From positions 1,024,001 through 1,088,000 of the forward strand of contig OZ244937.1 of assembly GCA_965222075.1 (NCBI GenBank): a stretch of 64,000 bases of DNA, read 5' to 3'. The notes beneath the pieces are model-generated. The model did not search any database and was not told the DNA's origin. It saw only the letters and a program-made list of their open reading frames with translations. Shown here in pieces: positions 27,604 to 37,950 of this stretch. The DNA comes from Candidatus Latescibacterota bacterium. GTDB taxonomy: Bacteria > Latescibacterota > UBA2968 > GCA-2709665. How positions within the stretch are numbered: position 1 is the first letter of the stretch; each line of letters starts with the position of its first letter. The translations under genes were made by a program, and so were the position numbers.

Positions 27604-30486
27604 TCACCGGGGAGCCAGAAAACGATCTCCGTTGAAGTGAATCAGATGGTCTGGTATTTCAGATAACCAGACTTCTGTTTCCCAGGCGATCTCGGCGATG
27701 AAATTCTTGAAGATCGTGAAATCGGGAAATGCACTCACGTATACTCGTCTGGCAGAACAGACTTTAAACATCTCCTCCAGTTCGAGGTGGCGTTTGGGAG
27801 ATACCGGGCCGTGAGAAGTGACGGCTTCAACCAAAAAAAGCCGGTTCTGTTTTTCTTCATAGAAAACGATATCGGGTAGCTTGTCGTGACTTGATATGGG
27901 TATACCAAGCTCCTCGAAGCTATCTTCGTTGAGGATTAAGGACTTATTTTCTGAATCGCCAAGGTATAGAAGTTGGGCTCCGGGAGCGAATCTTGGTCCG
28001 AACTCCTCAACAACGGCAGCTTGTAATTCGTTGTGCGGACCAGGCGAGAGGTGAAATTCCTTTCCACTTGCCAATCGCAGAGGTACTCTGTGTTGTTCTC
28101 GGCGTTTCTGATAGATTTCAAAAAGCGCACCTTCAGCTTCATTAAAAGAGGCAATCGCTTGGTTCCACATTTTGGAACGATATGCTCTTATAGTGCGAAT
28201 CGCTGCATCCGATAAGGCATAATGGGTCCGCGGGCTGTTCGTGGGTAGGGTAAGGTCGTCAGGGTTCCGAACGACAAGGACTGCCTGCTCAAATTGGTGG
28301 ATGACCTGACGGCGGATCGTTTCGCGGGTGTTCTCTGCATATTCTCGACCGTATCTATCCCTGATTTCTTCCAGAATATCGTGTATACGCAAACTCTGGC
28401 ATTTCGCTTCAATCCAGGGTGTATCTTCTGAAAGCTGGCCCAGAACAAGCAATGTCAGAGCGGATATTTCGTTTTGTTGGGCATGGGGTAGCCCAAGGGA
28501 TTTCAGGATCTCCTGAGCTTCCTGTATTTTTCTGTTCGCCATACGGGTTTCCTTTATTGTAGGGAAATCCCTTGGGATATATCCAGATTCTCTTAAGGTC
28601 GAAAAAACGATAACGTCTATATCCACTTCTGCTTCGGACAGATCAGCTTTGTGATACTGTTCGCCAATCTGCCTGATGACTCCTGGTGGTGGAAGCGGTA
28701 ATGCGCGTAATTCCGTTGCGTTTACCTGGGTATGTCCACTAATAATGCGAAAATACCGATCTAATAGTGCACTGTTGAAGAGAGCTGATAGTCCAAGTGT
28801 CTCTTCGACTTCGAGTTCGCCATCCTTTTTATATATATAGTTGAGATGATTCTCCAGCCCTATCCAGCGATGGGAAAATTGGTCTGCGAGAAAAGGCGCT
28901 GCAATAAGACGACGTGGTTCTTCCTTTGCACTGAACCTGCGAAGGAGGACATAATTAGAAACCCGAACGGATAAATCCTGGGCGTTCCGGTCCAGAGATA
29001 CGCCCTGTGGCTTATTCCCTTTGATCGCAGGCCATTCAACTCTTCGGTGCTTGATATTATGCATCCATAGAAGCGGAACAGCGCGGTTTTGTTTAACTGC
29101 ATCTTCATCTGTAAGAAATGGTCGAGCGCGAAAGGCTACCACCGGGCCTGTAGACACTTCCAATCCGTGCTGTTGTAGCGTACCGGTCCAGCTATCCACG
29201 ATTTCTATAACCTGTTCGTCGAACTCGCTGGTCGGCAGCCTGAAGGTGAGCGTGTTTTTGTATTCGCCAAGGAAATGCCTCATGGATACCCGACGGGTAA
29301 TCGATTGGTCTAAATCGAGGGCGCTCTTCGATGTGGATATCTCCAAAAATGTAGGCCTGCCTGCGCCGGAGACTGCTCGGCAGGCTGGCTGGCGTGCCTT
29401 TCCTTCTTGCAATCTGCCGTATGTAATGATAACATTCTCCTGAAGGACAGAATCTTTACTGAACGTTTCGTGGCGTGATTCAAATAAGTGAAGGGACAAA
29501 GGGAGCACCTGGCTGATAAAGTCCTGCCTGAATGTGGAAAAGTAAGCGCCGGAACAGAAGCTGCGTGGCACAATAAAGCACGCGCAACCCAGTGGGGTAA
29601 GCATTCTTACTGCAAGTGCCATGAACAAGGTGTAGATATTGGTATGTCCCTTAATCTGGCCTGCAACTGTTTTTACACGAAGGTCGTCGCTATTGAGTTT
29701 AAAGTAGGGGGGATTTGCAATAATCTTGTCATATAGAGATGGTGTGTTCAGCTTACCGGGTTTGTCAGCCTGGAATAGGGACAACTGATAAGAAGGGATG
29801 CAATCGAGGATAAAGTCCCGGTTATATACTTCTGTGTGAACGGTTATGCCCTTTTCCTGAGCACGTCTTGCTGCCCGATCCAGTGACTTACGAGCCACTT
29901 CGCATAAGTCTTTGTCGATTTCATATCCGTCGATCCACAGCTCTTTTGGGCTTCCATCAATTATAGCGCACTCGATAAGGGCACACGCCAGAACGCCTGA
30001 ACCAATAGCTGGATCAAGCAACCTTTCACCCTCTCGCAGTGGTCCGAGTTGCTTGGCCATAAAACGGCCAACCAGGTCGGGCGTAAGGAATTGACCGTTT
30101 TGCTTACGGTGTGCTTCAGGCCTTTCTGACAGCGTATCTTCACCAAGCGTAAGACTATAATTTACGAGGTCTGGTAAACCATAGGGTACGGCCTTCTCTG
30201 CCACGGACATGGCAGATACATGGTGCAGGACGGATGAAGCATACTCAGGGTCTTTTTTAATAAATTCCTTCATCTTTTCTGTAACTCTGCCCGATAGCAG
30301 TAATAACTCGTCAAGGTCGCAGCCCAGAACCTTTGTGAGACGTAGGATTAACGATTCAGATGGCAGAATTTTTCCAGCCTCGATTCGTGAAAAGTGGGCC
30401 GGATCAACTCCCACAGCAGATGAGAGTGACCGTAAGCTGATTTTTTTACGCCTTCTGAGGAAACGCATATATTCGCCGATTTCCAT
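27604..30486 (-). CDS. Fused XRE-HTH + N6-adenine methyltransferase + BsuBI/PstI-family restriction endonuclease
   Basis: N-terminal HTH; GQFLTP, LLDPAIGSG, NPPY; C-terminal YAENTRETIRRQ..HQF, LSPGPHN, HDKLPD..EAVTSHGP, IAWETEVW..PDHLIHFNG; lower GC than flanks. Confidence 0.93.
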   Translation of the reverse strand: MEIGEYMRFLRRRKKISLRSLSSAVGVDPAHFSRIEAGKILPSESLILRLTKVLGCDLDELLLLSGRVTEKMKEFIKKDPEYASSVLHHVSAMSVAEKAVPYGLPDLVNYSLTLGEDTLSERPEAHRKQNGQFLTPDLVGRFMAKQLGPLREGERLLDPAIGSGVLACALIECAIIDGSPKELWIDGYEIDKDLCEVARKSLDRAARRAQEKGITVHTEVYNRDFILDCIPSYQLSLFQADKPGKLNTPSLYDKIIANPPYFKLNSDDLRVKTVAGQIKGHTNIYTLFMALAVRMLTPLGCACFIVPRSFCSGAYFSTFRQDFISQVLPLSLHLFESRHETFSKDSVLQENVIITYGRLQEGKARQPACRAVSGAGRPTFLEISTSKSALDLDQSITRRVSMRHFLGEYKNTLTFRLPTSEFDEQVIEIVDSWTGTLQQHGLEVSTGPVVAFRARPFLTDEDAVKQNRAVPLLWMHNIKHRRVEWPAIKGNKPQGVSLDRNAQDLSVRVSNYVLLRRFSAKEEPRRLIAAPFLADQFSHRWIGLENHLNYIYKKDGELEVEETLGLSALFNSALLDRYFRIISGHTQVNATELRALPLPPPGVIRQIGEQYHKADLSEAEVDIDVIVFSTLRESGYIPRDFPTIKETRMANRKIQEAQEILKSLGLPHAQQNEISALTLLVLGQLSEDTPWIEAKCQSLRIHDILEEIRDRYGREYAENTRETIRRQVIHQFEQAVLVVRNPDDLTLPTNSPRTHYALSDAAIRTIRAYRSKMWNQAIASFNEAEGALFEIYQKRREQHRVPLRLASGKEFHLSPGPHNELQAAVVEEFGPRFAPGAQLLYLGDSENKSLILNEDSFEELGIPISSHDKLPDIVFYEEKQNRLFLVEAVTSHGPVSPKRHLELEEMFKVCSARRVYVSAFPDFTIFKNFIAEIAWETEVWLSEIPDHLIHFNGDRFLAPR
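29356..29384. mobile_element. CCTG..CAGG palindromic element inside the methyltransferase
   Basis: cctgcctgcgccggagactgctcggcagg, a GC-rich patch in an AT-richer gene, encoding ACRAVSGAGR. Confidence 0.55.
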
Positions 30487-30558
30487 AATTATCCTATTGA
30501 TTATTTTTCACTTATGAAATAAGCTCCCCAATGCGTCGTATTCGTTGCGGGTAGTGCT

Positions 30559-30590
30559 AATATATTCACTGTTGATCGATTTGTCAACAG
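30559..30590 (-). promoter_or_regulatory. Sigma70 promoter of the RM gene with an overlapping inverted repeat (candidate operator)
   Basis: TTGACA(30587-30582)-17 bp-TATATT(30564-30559); CTGTTGA-N8-TCAACAG at 30569-30590. Confidence 0.7.
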
Positions 30591-30633
30591 CATATCCAGA
30601 TCGATGGACGAATAGATATTCCACTTCAGATCT

Positions 30634-31758
30634 TCAAAAACGCTTCAGACCCTCGATCAGCGTTTTGGCTTCAAAAACAGTGGCGTTTTTGAACGTGCGC
30701 TTTTCTTTTAGAACGTAGGTTTTCAGCGCTTTTCTGGCCAGACCGTTCTGGCCGTCGTTGAGGTAAGCCAATCCCAGGTAGTAGTAGGCATCCGTCTGCG
30801 TGGAGTCGATCTCTACGGCTTTCTGCAGGTGCCGAATTCCTTTTTTATAGTTTTCCCGATTGAAGTAAGCCAGGCCGAGTCTGAGGTGGAGAACACCGTC
30901 TTCGGGATGTCTTGCGGTGGCTTTTTCGTAGGCTTCTACTGCTGCACCAAAATCTTTCCGGTTAAACGCCAGGTTGCCCAGGCTTGTGTGGGCATCGACA
31001 TAGTCGGGAGCAAGTTCGAGGGCCTTTCGGTATGCGGCTTCGGCCCGATCCACCTGGCCTTTTTGGGCGTAGGCCATCCCGAGATTTCGATAGACGTAGT
31101 GGTGGTCGGAACGGTTGCTTTTGAGTTTAAGCGCCTTTTGGTAGATCTTGATGGCGTCGTCTACTTTGCCGGTGTAAAAATAGGTGAGCCCGAGGTTGAG
31201 GTATGCATCGCTGTACTTCTTGTTGAACCGAATGGCCCGTCGATACTCCGCTATGGCCTGATTGATATAGCCTTTGTGGTAGTAGGCAAGCCCGAGGAGA
31301 TTGTAGGCAAACGCCGAAGAAGACCTGATCTTCAGGGCGGCTTTATACTGGGGTATGGCGTAATCGTAGTCTCCTTTGTGATAGTAAGCACGGCCCAGAT
31401 CGATGCGCGCCAGGAAGAAGTTGGCGTCTGTGGCCACGGCGCGTTTCAGGTAGGGGAGTGCTTCCTCTGGATCGGCATGCACGCGGGCGTAGAGGTAGAG
31501 ATTGCGCGCATCCCTGGGGTTGGACTCCAGGCGTGTGCGGTACTCTTTCAGGAGCTGGGACCGACGGTCCATTTTGAGTAAGAGGTTCTGATAGTCTATA
31601 TGGGCCTTAACGTCGTTGGGGCGCCGGTTGATGAGCCGCCGATAGTGCGCGAGTTCGGCCTCGTGTTGCGCACCGGCTGGTCTCCCGGCCAACACAAGGG
31701 CCGCTGCGACGGTGAACAGCAAGGTCTTGAGAAGGGTTCGTTTTTTACCACACCGCAC
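30634..31758 (-). CDS. Secreted TPR-repeat protein
   Basis: Signal peptide and ~9 TPRs; GTG start at 31758 inferred from RBS AAGGAG. Confidence 0.88.
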   Translation of the reverse strand: MRCGKKRTLLKTLLFTVAAALVLAGRPAGAQHEAELAHYRRLINRRPNDVKAHIDYQNLLLKMDRRSQLLKEYRTRLESNPRDARNLYLYARVHADPEEALPYLKRAVATDANFFLARIDLGRAYYHKGDYDYAIPQYKAALKIRSSSAFAYNLLGLAYYHKGYINQAIAEYRRAIRFNKKYSDAYLNLGLTYFYTGKVDDAIKIYQKALKLKSNRSDHHYVYRNLGMAYAQKGQVDRAEAAYRKALELAPDYVDAHTSLGNLAFNRKDFGAAVEAYEKATARHPEDGVLHLRLGLAYFNRENYKKGIRHLQKAVEIDSTQTDAYYYLGLAYLNDGQNGLARKALKTYVLKEKRTFKNATVFEAKTLIEGLKRF

Positions 31759-31922
31759 GGATTGTTTCTCCTTGATACGTGCATAACCGTGGTGGAGCGC
31801 ACCTGCGCCTCTACCTACATAACGTATTGGTATACCTTTTGTTATGAAGACAAAAGGGCCGATAGCGTTGCTTCTCATCGCCCCTTTTTCCGTTTGTTTT
31901 TACCGCAGAATATCGGAGAGGG

Positions 31923-32774
31923 TTACCGGTCTTTCTTCAGGAGGGTATTGAGGGGAAGCCTGGGATTGTAGAGGTATTTCGCTTCTTCGGGCATCAGCAT
32001 TTTATCAAAAATGGCAATTTCGTCTATCTTGCCAGTGTACTTGTAGTGGTTTAACCGGACAACCTGATCCGCCATATCCCAGGTTATGTCCTGGCGGAGG
32101 CCTGACTTGCGGCCCTTTTCAACGCCGTTGATGAAGAAGGCCCATTCGGCATTGGCCGCGCTGCTGTTGAAATTTTTCCACGTAATGACGATGTGGTGCC
32201 ACTCGTCTGATTTCCAGTTAAGATTTTCCACGCGGATGACCCGCTGGTTGACCATCTCATCGGAAACTTCCCGGGTCTTGTTTGGATAGCACCCGAATCG
32301 GAGCGCGCGCGGGGGTCTGGTAAAATCGACAAAGATAACAGCATCGTCCCAGGGGTAGGCGTTGTCTTGCTTTTTTCCGATGTGGAAGGGTTCGGGATAG
32401 TTGGCCTCCAGATCGCGGGAAGGATCAACGCTCAACCAGAAGGAGACGGCGCCGGACCAGGCTTTGCTGTTGTTGTAGGGAAAGTTGCCTTTGGCCCCGT
32501 AACTGAGGGTGCTGGCACCTCCTTCAAAGGACAGGCAGCCGTCGATTTTGCCGCCGCTGGCCTCACGCTGGGGAGGGTTGGCCGTTTCAAGCACGGCGAG
32601 GTCGGGGCCTGCGCAGGAGAGCGCATCAAACCCTTTTTCAAAATTCGAAAAGAAAAGGACATGGTCCAGCAGGCTTGCTTCAATCTTTCTCTCCTGTCCA
32701 CCGCAGCCCAGCATCAGGGTGAGAAGGACCAGGGCGGTGGAACCGATGACCGTGGGGGAGAAACGCCATTTCAT
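31923..32774 (-). CDS. LamG-like jellyroll lipoprotein
   Basis: Lipobox MLGC; WHHIVITW..FFING, GKIDEIAIFD. Confidence 0.85.
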   Translation of the reverse strand: MKWRFSPTVIGSTALVLLTLMLGCGGQERKIEASLLDHVLFFSNFEKGFDALSCAGPDLAVLETANPPQREASGGKIDGCLSFEGGASTLSYGAKGNFPYNNSKAWSGAVSFWLSVDPSRDLEANYPEPFHIGKKQDNAYPWDDAVIFVDFTRPPRALRFGCYPNKTREVSDEMVNQRVIRVENLNWKSDEWHHIVITWKNFNSSAANAEWAFFINGVEKGRKSGLRQDITWDMADQVVRLNHYKYTGKIDEIAIFDKMLMPEEAKYLYNPRLPLNTLLKKDR

Positions 32775-33170
32775 GATCGATACTCCTTTCAGAGGCTTTC
32801 AAAGTCTCCAACATTGGGCAGTTCGTACAGGCCTACCAATATATACAAAGCAGACGCCTGCGCAAGGGTTTTATCATGGTGTAGACCTCGGCGTTGCGGG
32901 TTTCAGGGTACGCGTTGGGCAGAGGCAAAAGGCAAAAGACAAAAAGCGGATGGCTATCTGTTTTGAAAGAGATTCTGTAAAGATCAAAAAAATCATAGCA
33001 TTAGGCAAGGGATTGGAAAGGGAGGAAATCCCTTGACAACCCCGATTTATTTATTCTTATTAAGACATTAGTGAGATTTTGACCGTCGGATTCCTTTAGA
33101 ACCGCCACAGGATGATTGTCGGGGGCTGAGAAGCCTGGAAGTCCCCAATTTTTCTACTTAGGAGCCTGCG

Positions 33171-36100
33171 ATGCTGCGTAGAATCGGCAGTGTGGTTCTC
33201 TGGTTAATTGTCCTTTTTATGCTCGCTTCGGTCACCATCTGGAATCCCGGAGAGGTTACGGACAAGTTTGTTGAGTGGTTTAATATTAAGCCCAGTGTGC
33301 CCGAAGAGAGGCCGGTGATTATCTCGGAGCGTGACCGGGAGATTCGGGAGGCTGCAGAGTCGATCTCTGCGTCGGACCTTCGGGAGACGGTGGCAGCGCT
33401 TTCGGGTATGGGATCCCGGGTGCCGGGCTATCCGGGCCACAAAGAGGCCTTTGAATACGTCAAGGCACAGTTTGAGCAGATCGGCCTGGAGGACATTCAG
33501 GTAGAGGAATTCCAGGTCACGGTCCCCGTCGATAAGGGCGCCTCTCTAAAGATTACCGAAACCGGGAAAGAGATCGGGATTTATTGCCTGTGGCCCAATC
33601 ACGTTCGGCCGCCGTCCCTGCCCAGGGGGGGGATTAAGGGGAAGCTCATTTACGGGGGGAAGGGGTCGTTCAAAGAGCTGAATTGGAAGCCGGTTGACAA
33701 AAGCGTTGTCCTGATGGAGTTTGACTGCGATCAGAACTACCTCAACCCGCGGATGCTGGGTGCGAAGGCAATTCTCTTTTACGACAACGGACGGGTCAGC
33801 CGGGGGCAGGCGATGGATAAATTCCTGCAGGTGCCGGTGGATGTGCCAAGGTTCTGGGTGGAAAAAGCGGAGGTTGGGCGCTTGATGGCGTTGGCCAGGT
33901 CGGGCAAACAAGAGGTGATGCTGAAGGCCAGGATGGACTGGGAGAAGGTACCTGCCTGGAATATCTACGGCACCCTGCCCGGCGTGGATGCGTATATTAC
34001 CAAGCGTCAGGAGCGGAAGTGGAAGGACGAGATCGTTCTGCTTTCCGGTTTCTACGACGCCGTCTCGGTGGTTCCCGCGCTGGCGCCGGGGGCAGAAAAC
34101 GCCACGGGGATGGCGGCGCTGCTGGAAACGGCCAAGGCGCTGAAGCGCAATCCGCCCAAGTATACGGTGATGGTTATGGCCAATGGAGCGCATTTTCAGG
34201 GCCTGGCAGGCGTCAACGACTTTCTGTACCGGCACTCCCGCGAGAGCGAGCATTTCCGAGAACTTATCCCGGAGGACCAGAAGATCGATTTTCGGCTCTT
34301 TATCGGGTTCGACCTGTCCAGCGAATTCGACCAGGTCGCCAGTTTTTCACATGCGACTTTCTACAATTCGACATGGAGGACCAACAACTACGAGAACAAC
34401 CTCTTGGCGCCCTATGCGGACAAGTTTGACGGTTACCTGCCCAAGATCTTTCCCAACGAGGAACGCCACATAGACGCGATTGCGCCGCCCAAGCGGACCT
34501 GGAAGAATTTTATGCCCATCCGCCTGGGGTTTGACAGCGAGGCGGTCAAATTTGTTGGGAAGGAGGGCATCACGCTGGCCACGCCTTCCACCGTCCGGCA
34601 GCGGGTGGATACGCCTGTGGACCGGCTGGAATATGTCAATTTCTCGAATCTGACCCGACAGGTTCAAACGTCGGTCGGCATACTCTTGAAGGCCGTAGAA
34701 GACCCCGAATTTTTCCGCGTATCCAAGCTCAAGTTGCAGGATCTGGGGCACTCCTTGGAAGGGCGCATCCTCTGGTGGGAGCGGGATGTGGACTTTGCCA
34801 TTCCCCGGGTGCCCGTGCCGGGAGCCGTGGTGACCTACCAGCAGCCGGGTCCGGTGCCCAGCTGCGCTGGGGTGCGCACGCTGATTGTCGATAAGACCAC
34901 AGCAGGGCCTTCTTATAAGGGCAACCCGTCTCAAGGCTCGGCATATGGCTCCAAGGATGTGGTGGCAAAGACCGGCCGTTTCAAGTTTGATATTATGCGG
35001 AATCGTTTTTCCAACCAGATCCTGGCTTATCAGTTAGACGACGAGGGGCGGATCGTTTCGGCGCCCGATCTGGGCAACGAAGGCGATAAGAAATTCCCCA
35101 CCACCCAGGGCTACGGCTGGTGGGAGAATGAGACGATGGAGGTGCTGTTTAAATGCCGGTCAATCAGTGTGTTTGAAATTATCGATTCGAGCTACCTCTC
35201 GGCGCTCGACTATATGACGGTATTTAACGAGGGCGATACCCAGCCCTTAGAGTTCGGCCACTACTACATCAAGGATCAAAGCATCAAAGAGGGGGATGTG
35301 ACCCGGGCGGCGGTGGCTTTTGCTGCGCTGGATCCGACGACGGGCAAATCGGAGCATTTGAAGATTTTGATGAGTACCGGCCTGTTCGGGGTGAAGTATC
35401 TGTTGATCAACGCTTCTGAAGAATACTTAGATCATCCTGTTAACAAGCAGGATGTGGACGTGAAGCTCTTAGAGCAGTCGCGCGGGATTGGATATCCGTC
35501 GGGGGTGATTTTCAACCCTTCCTACAAGGCGGCCAAAGATATGTGGGTCATCGACGATATCCGCATGAAGCAGCTGGCCCAGTACGGGATCAAAAATACC
35601 CGGCTGTCAATGCTGCACAAGGCGGCCCGCGAGGCCCTGCTGGAGGCGAAGGAGCACCATGCCAACCGCAACTACGAAGCCTATATGGCGGCATCTCGGC
35701 AGGCCTGGGGGCTGGAGGCGAGGGGGTATCCGGAGGTGATGGCCACGGCCAACGACACGGTTCGAGGCATTATCTTTTACTTTATGCTGTTGCTGCCCTT
35801 TTCTTTCTTCTGTGAACGCCTGATTTTCGGCTTCCCCGACATCACGCGACGGCTGGTCGGATTTGCAGGGATCTTTGTTTTGTTCTTCATCATCCTCCGG
35901 TATGTACATCCGGCGTTTAAGCTGAGCAGTTCGCCTTATATCATCTTCCTGGCGTTCGTGATTCTGGCCTTAGGCGCGATTGCCATGTTTATTGTGGTCT
36001 CCAAATTCGGGGAAGAGGTCCGGAAGATGAAGCAGGCGTCGGCAGGCACGTACGAAGCGGATGTGGGACGGCTTTCCGCCACGTCGGCGGCGATTGTCCT

Positions 36101-37922
36101 GGGGATTTCCAATTTGCGCAAGCGCCCGCTGCGCACCGGTCTGACGGCGGTGACCCTGACCCTGCTTACGTTTACCGCGCTTTCGTTTACGTCGGTGCAA
36201 ACGTCGATCAAGTTCTACCGGCTGCCGCGAGACAACAAACCGACTTATCAGGGGGGGCTGGTGCGAGATCGGGCCTGGCGGGGCCTGCAGGAGTCTGTAC
36301 TGGAGTACCTGACGAGCGCGTTTGAGGGCCGGGCTTCGATTGTGCCCCGCGCCTGGTACCTCTCCCAGGTTCGGGGCGAGCGGGCCTATGTGAACTTTAC
36401 GCGCATCACCGAGCAGAAGGCCAACCTGGGATCTCGGGATACCTACATCGATTTCGATGTGGGCCTGACCTCGGGGAAGGACAGCTTTGTCAATGGCCTG
36501 CTGGGCCTGACGTCTGATGAGCCGGCCATTACCGGGGTGGACCACTTTTTGATGAGGGGGCGCTGGTTCCAGCCGGGAGAGGAACACGTCTGTATTCTGC
36601 CCAACGACTTGGCAGAGCTGGTGGGGATCTTCCCCGAAGATGTCGGAGAGGCGAAGGTCGAGATGCTGGGGCGCACCTTTACGGTAATCGGTATCTTAGA
36701 CTCGGAGTCTTTTAACAAGTACAAGGATATGGACGACGAGAAGCTGACGCCGGTGGATACGGTGTCGGAGAAGGACGACCTGTCCGATGCGCAGGACCAG
36801 GACCCCCGGGTTGTGGCGGCCGCGCCGATTGAGTCCTTCACCCACCTGGAATCGACGAATGTGATGCTTGTGCCCTACCAGTTCGTGCGCGACATCGGGG
36901 GGGCGCTGAGTTCGATTGCAATTGCCAACTTCACCGATGACCAGGGCGTGCCCAAGGAGAACTTCGTCCCCGATATCGAGGATTTTATGACCCGGGTTTC
37001 GCTGACCATGTTTGTGGGATACGGCGAGGATGTGACGGTCTACAGTTCGATCGGGTCCACAGCGCTGTCGGGGCTGGGCGCCCTCTTTATCCCGATCCTG
37101 ATCGCGGCCCTGATCGTGCTGAATACGATGATGGGGGCGGTGTACGAGCGTTTCCAGGAGATCGGGATCTACTCCGCCGTCGGGCTGGCGCCCAACCACA
37201 TTGCAGCGCTGTTTTTGGCGGAGGCGGCTGTGTTTGCCACGGTGGGGGCCGTGTTTGGGTACCTCATCGGGCAGGTGCTGGTTCTGGGGCTGTACGAACA
37301 GGGGGTGCTGGGCGGTCTGGAGTTGAACTATTCCTCGCTTTCGGCCATTTCCGCCACCCTTATCGTGATGGCTACGGTGTTCCTCTCAACGCTTTATCCG
37401 GCAAAAAAGGCGGCCGATATGGCCGTGCCCGACGTGACCCGAAAGTGGGAGTTCCCCGAACCGGAGGGCGACCGGTGGGTCTTCGACTTTCCGTTTACCG
37501 TGGGCGGCGCCGAGGTGCTGGGAATGTACACCTATCTCACCCGGGTGTTCGAGTCTTACGGGGAGGGGTCCGTGGGGGACTTTGTGGCCGACAACGTCCG
37601 GTTTACCTCTCAAGACCTGCACGGCGAACCGCAATATGAGATTTACCTGACGACCTGGCTGGCGCCCTACGACCTGGGCATCAGTCAGAACGTAGAGTTG
37701 AAGGCCATTCCGACCGGGGAGCACAACATCTACAAGATCGAGGTGGTGATCAACCGGCTGAGCGGCGATGTGGCTTCCTGGAAACGGATCAACCGTGGCT
37801 TTTTGAACGTGCTCCGAAAACGGTTCCTGGTCTGGCGCACCATTCCGCCTGAAATCAAACACCAGTATGCCGGGGAAGGACAGCAGATCCTCCAGGGAGA
37901 AGTCCAGGAGACGACGACGTAG
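33171..37922 (+). CDS. M28-peptidase-like domain fused to FtsX/MacB-like permease
   Basis: SRVPGYPG, PA-like segment, PALAPGAENATG, LR..LT..TL, NTMMGAVYERFQEIGIYSAVGL (FtsX signature); several TM clusters. Confidence 0.85.
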   Translation: MLRRIGSVVLWLIVLFMLASVTIWNPGEVTDKFVEWFNIKPSVPEERPVIISERDREIREAAESISASDLRETVAALSGMGSRVPGYPGHKEAFEYVKAQFEQIGLEDIQVEEFQVTVPVDKGASLKITETGKEIGIYCLWPNHVRPPSLPRGGIKGKLIYGGKGSFKELNWKPVDKSVVLMEFDCDQNYLNPRMLGAKAILFYDNGRVSRGQAMDKFLQVPVDVPRFWVEKAEVGRLMALARSGKQEVMLKARMDWEKVPAWNIYGTLPGVDAYITKRQERKWKDEIVLLSGFYDAVSVVPALAPGAENATGMAALLETAKALKRNPPKYTVMVMANGAHFQGLAGVNDFLYRHSRESEHFRELIPEDQKIDFRLFIGFDLSSEFDQVASFSHATFYNSTWRTNNYENNLLAPYADKFDGYLPKIFPNEERHIDAIAPPKRTWKNFMPIRLGFDSEAVKFVGKEGITLATPSTVRQRVDTPVDRLEYVNFSNLTRQVQTSVGILLKAVEDPEFFRVSKLKLQDLGHSLEGRILWWERDVDFAIPRVPVPGAVVTYQQPGPVPSCAGVRTLIVDKTTAGPSYKGNPSQGSAYGSKDVVAKTGRFKFDIMRNRFSNQILAYQLDDEGRIVSAPDLGNEGDKKFPTTQGYGWWENETMEVLFKCRSISVFEIIDSSYLSALDYMTVFNEGDTQPLEFGHYYIKDQSIKEGDVTRAAVAFAALDPTTGKSEHLKILMSTGLFGVKYLLINASEEYLDHPVNKQDVDVKLLEQSRGIGYPSGVIFNPSYKAAKDMWVIDDIRMKQLAQYGIKNTRLSMLHKAAREALLEAKEHHANRNYEAYMAASRQAWGLEARGYPEVMATANDTVRGIIFYFMLLLPFSFFCERLIFGFPDITRRLVGFAGIFVLFFIILRYVHPAFKLSSSPYIIFLAFVILALGAIAMFIVVSKFGEEVRKMKQASAGTYEADVGRLSATSAAIVLGISNLRKRPLRTGLTAVTLTLLTFTALSFTSVQTSIKFYRLPRDNKPTYQGGLVRDRAWRGLQESVLEYLTSAFEGRASIVPRAWYLSQVRGERAYVNFTRITEQKANLGSRDTYIDFDVGLTSGKDSFVNGLLGLTSDEPAITGVDHFLMRGRWFQPGEEHVCILPNDLAELVGIFPEDVGEAKVEMLGRTFTVIGILDSESFNKYKDMDDEKLTPVDTVSEKDDLSDAQDQDPRVVAAAPIESFTHLESTNVMLVPYQFVRDIGGALSSIAIANFTDDQGVPKENFVPDIEDFMTRVSLTMFVGYGEDVTVYSSIGSTALSGLGALFIPILIAALIVLNTMMGAVYERFQEIGIYSAVGLAPNHIAALFLAEAAVFATVGAVFGYLIGQVLVLGLYEQGVLGGLELNYSSLSAISATLIVMATVFLSTLYPAKKAADMAVPDVTRKWEFPEPEGDRWVFDFPFTVGGAEVLGMYTYLTRVFESYGEGSVGDFVADNVRFTSQDLHGEPQYEIYLTTWLAPYDLGISQNVELKAIPTGEHNIYKIEVVINRLSGDVASWKRINRGFLNVLRKRFLVWRTIPPEIKHQYAGEGQQILQGEVQETTT

Positions 37923-37950
37923 AAGAGATTTCGGAATAAGGAGGGGAGAA

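Noticed and set aside
33118-33150. TPP riboswitch (GGCTGAGA)
   Set aside because: Downstream conserved elements (CCTGA..ATGC..GCGTAGG) are absent.
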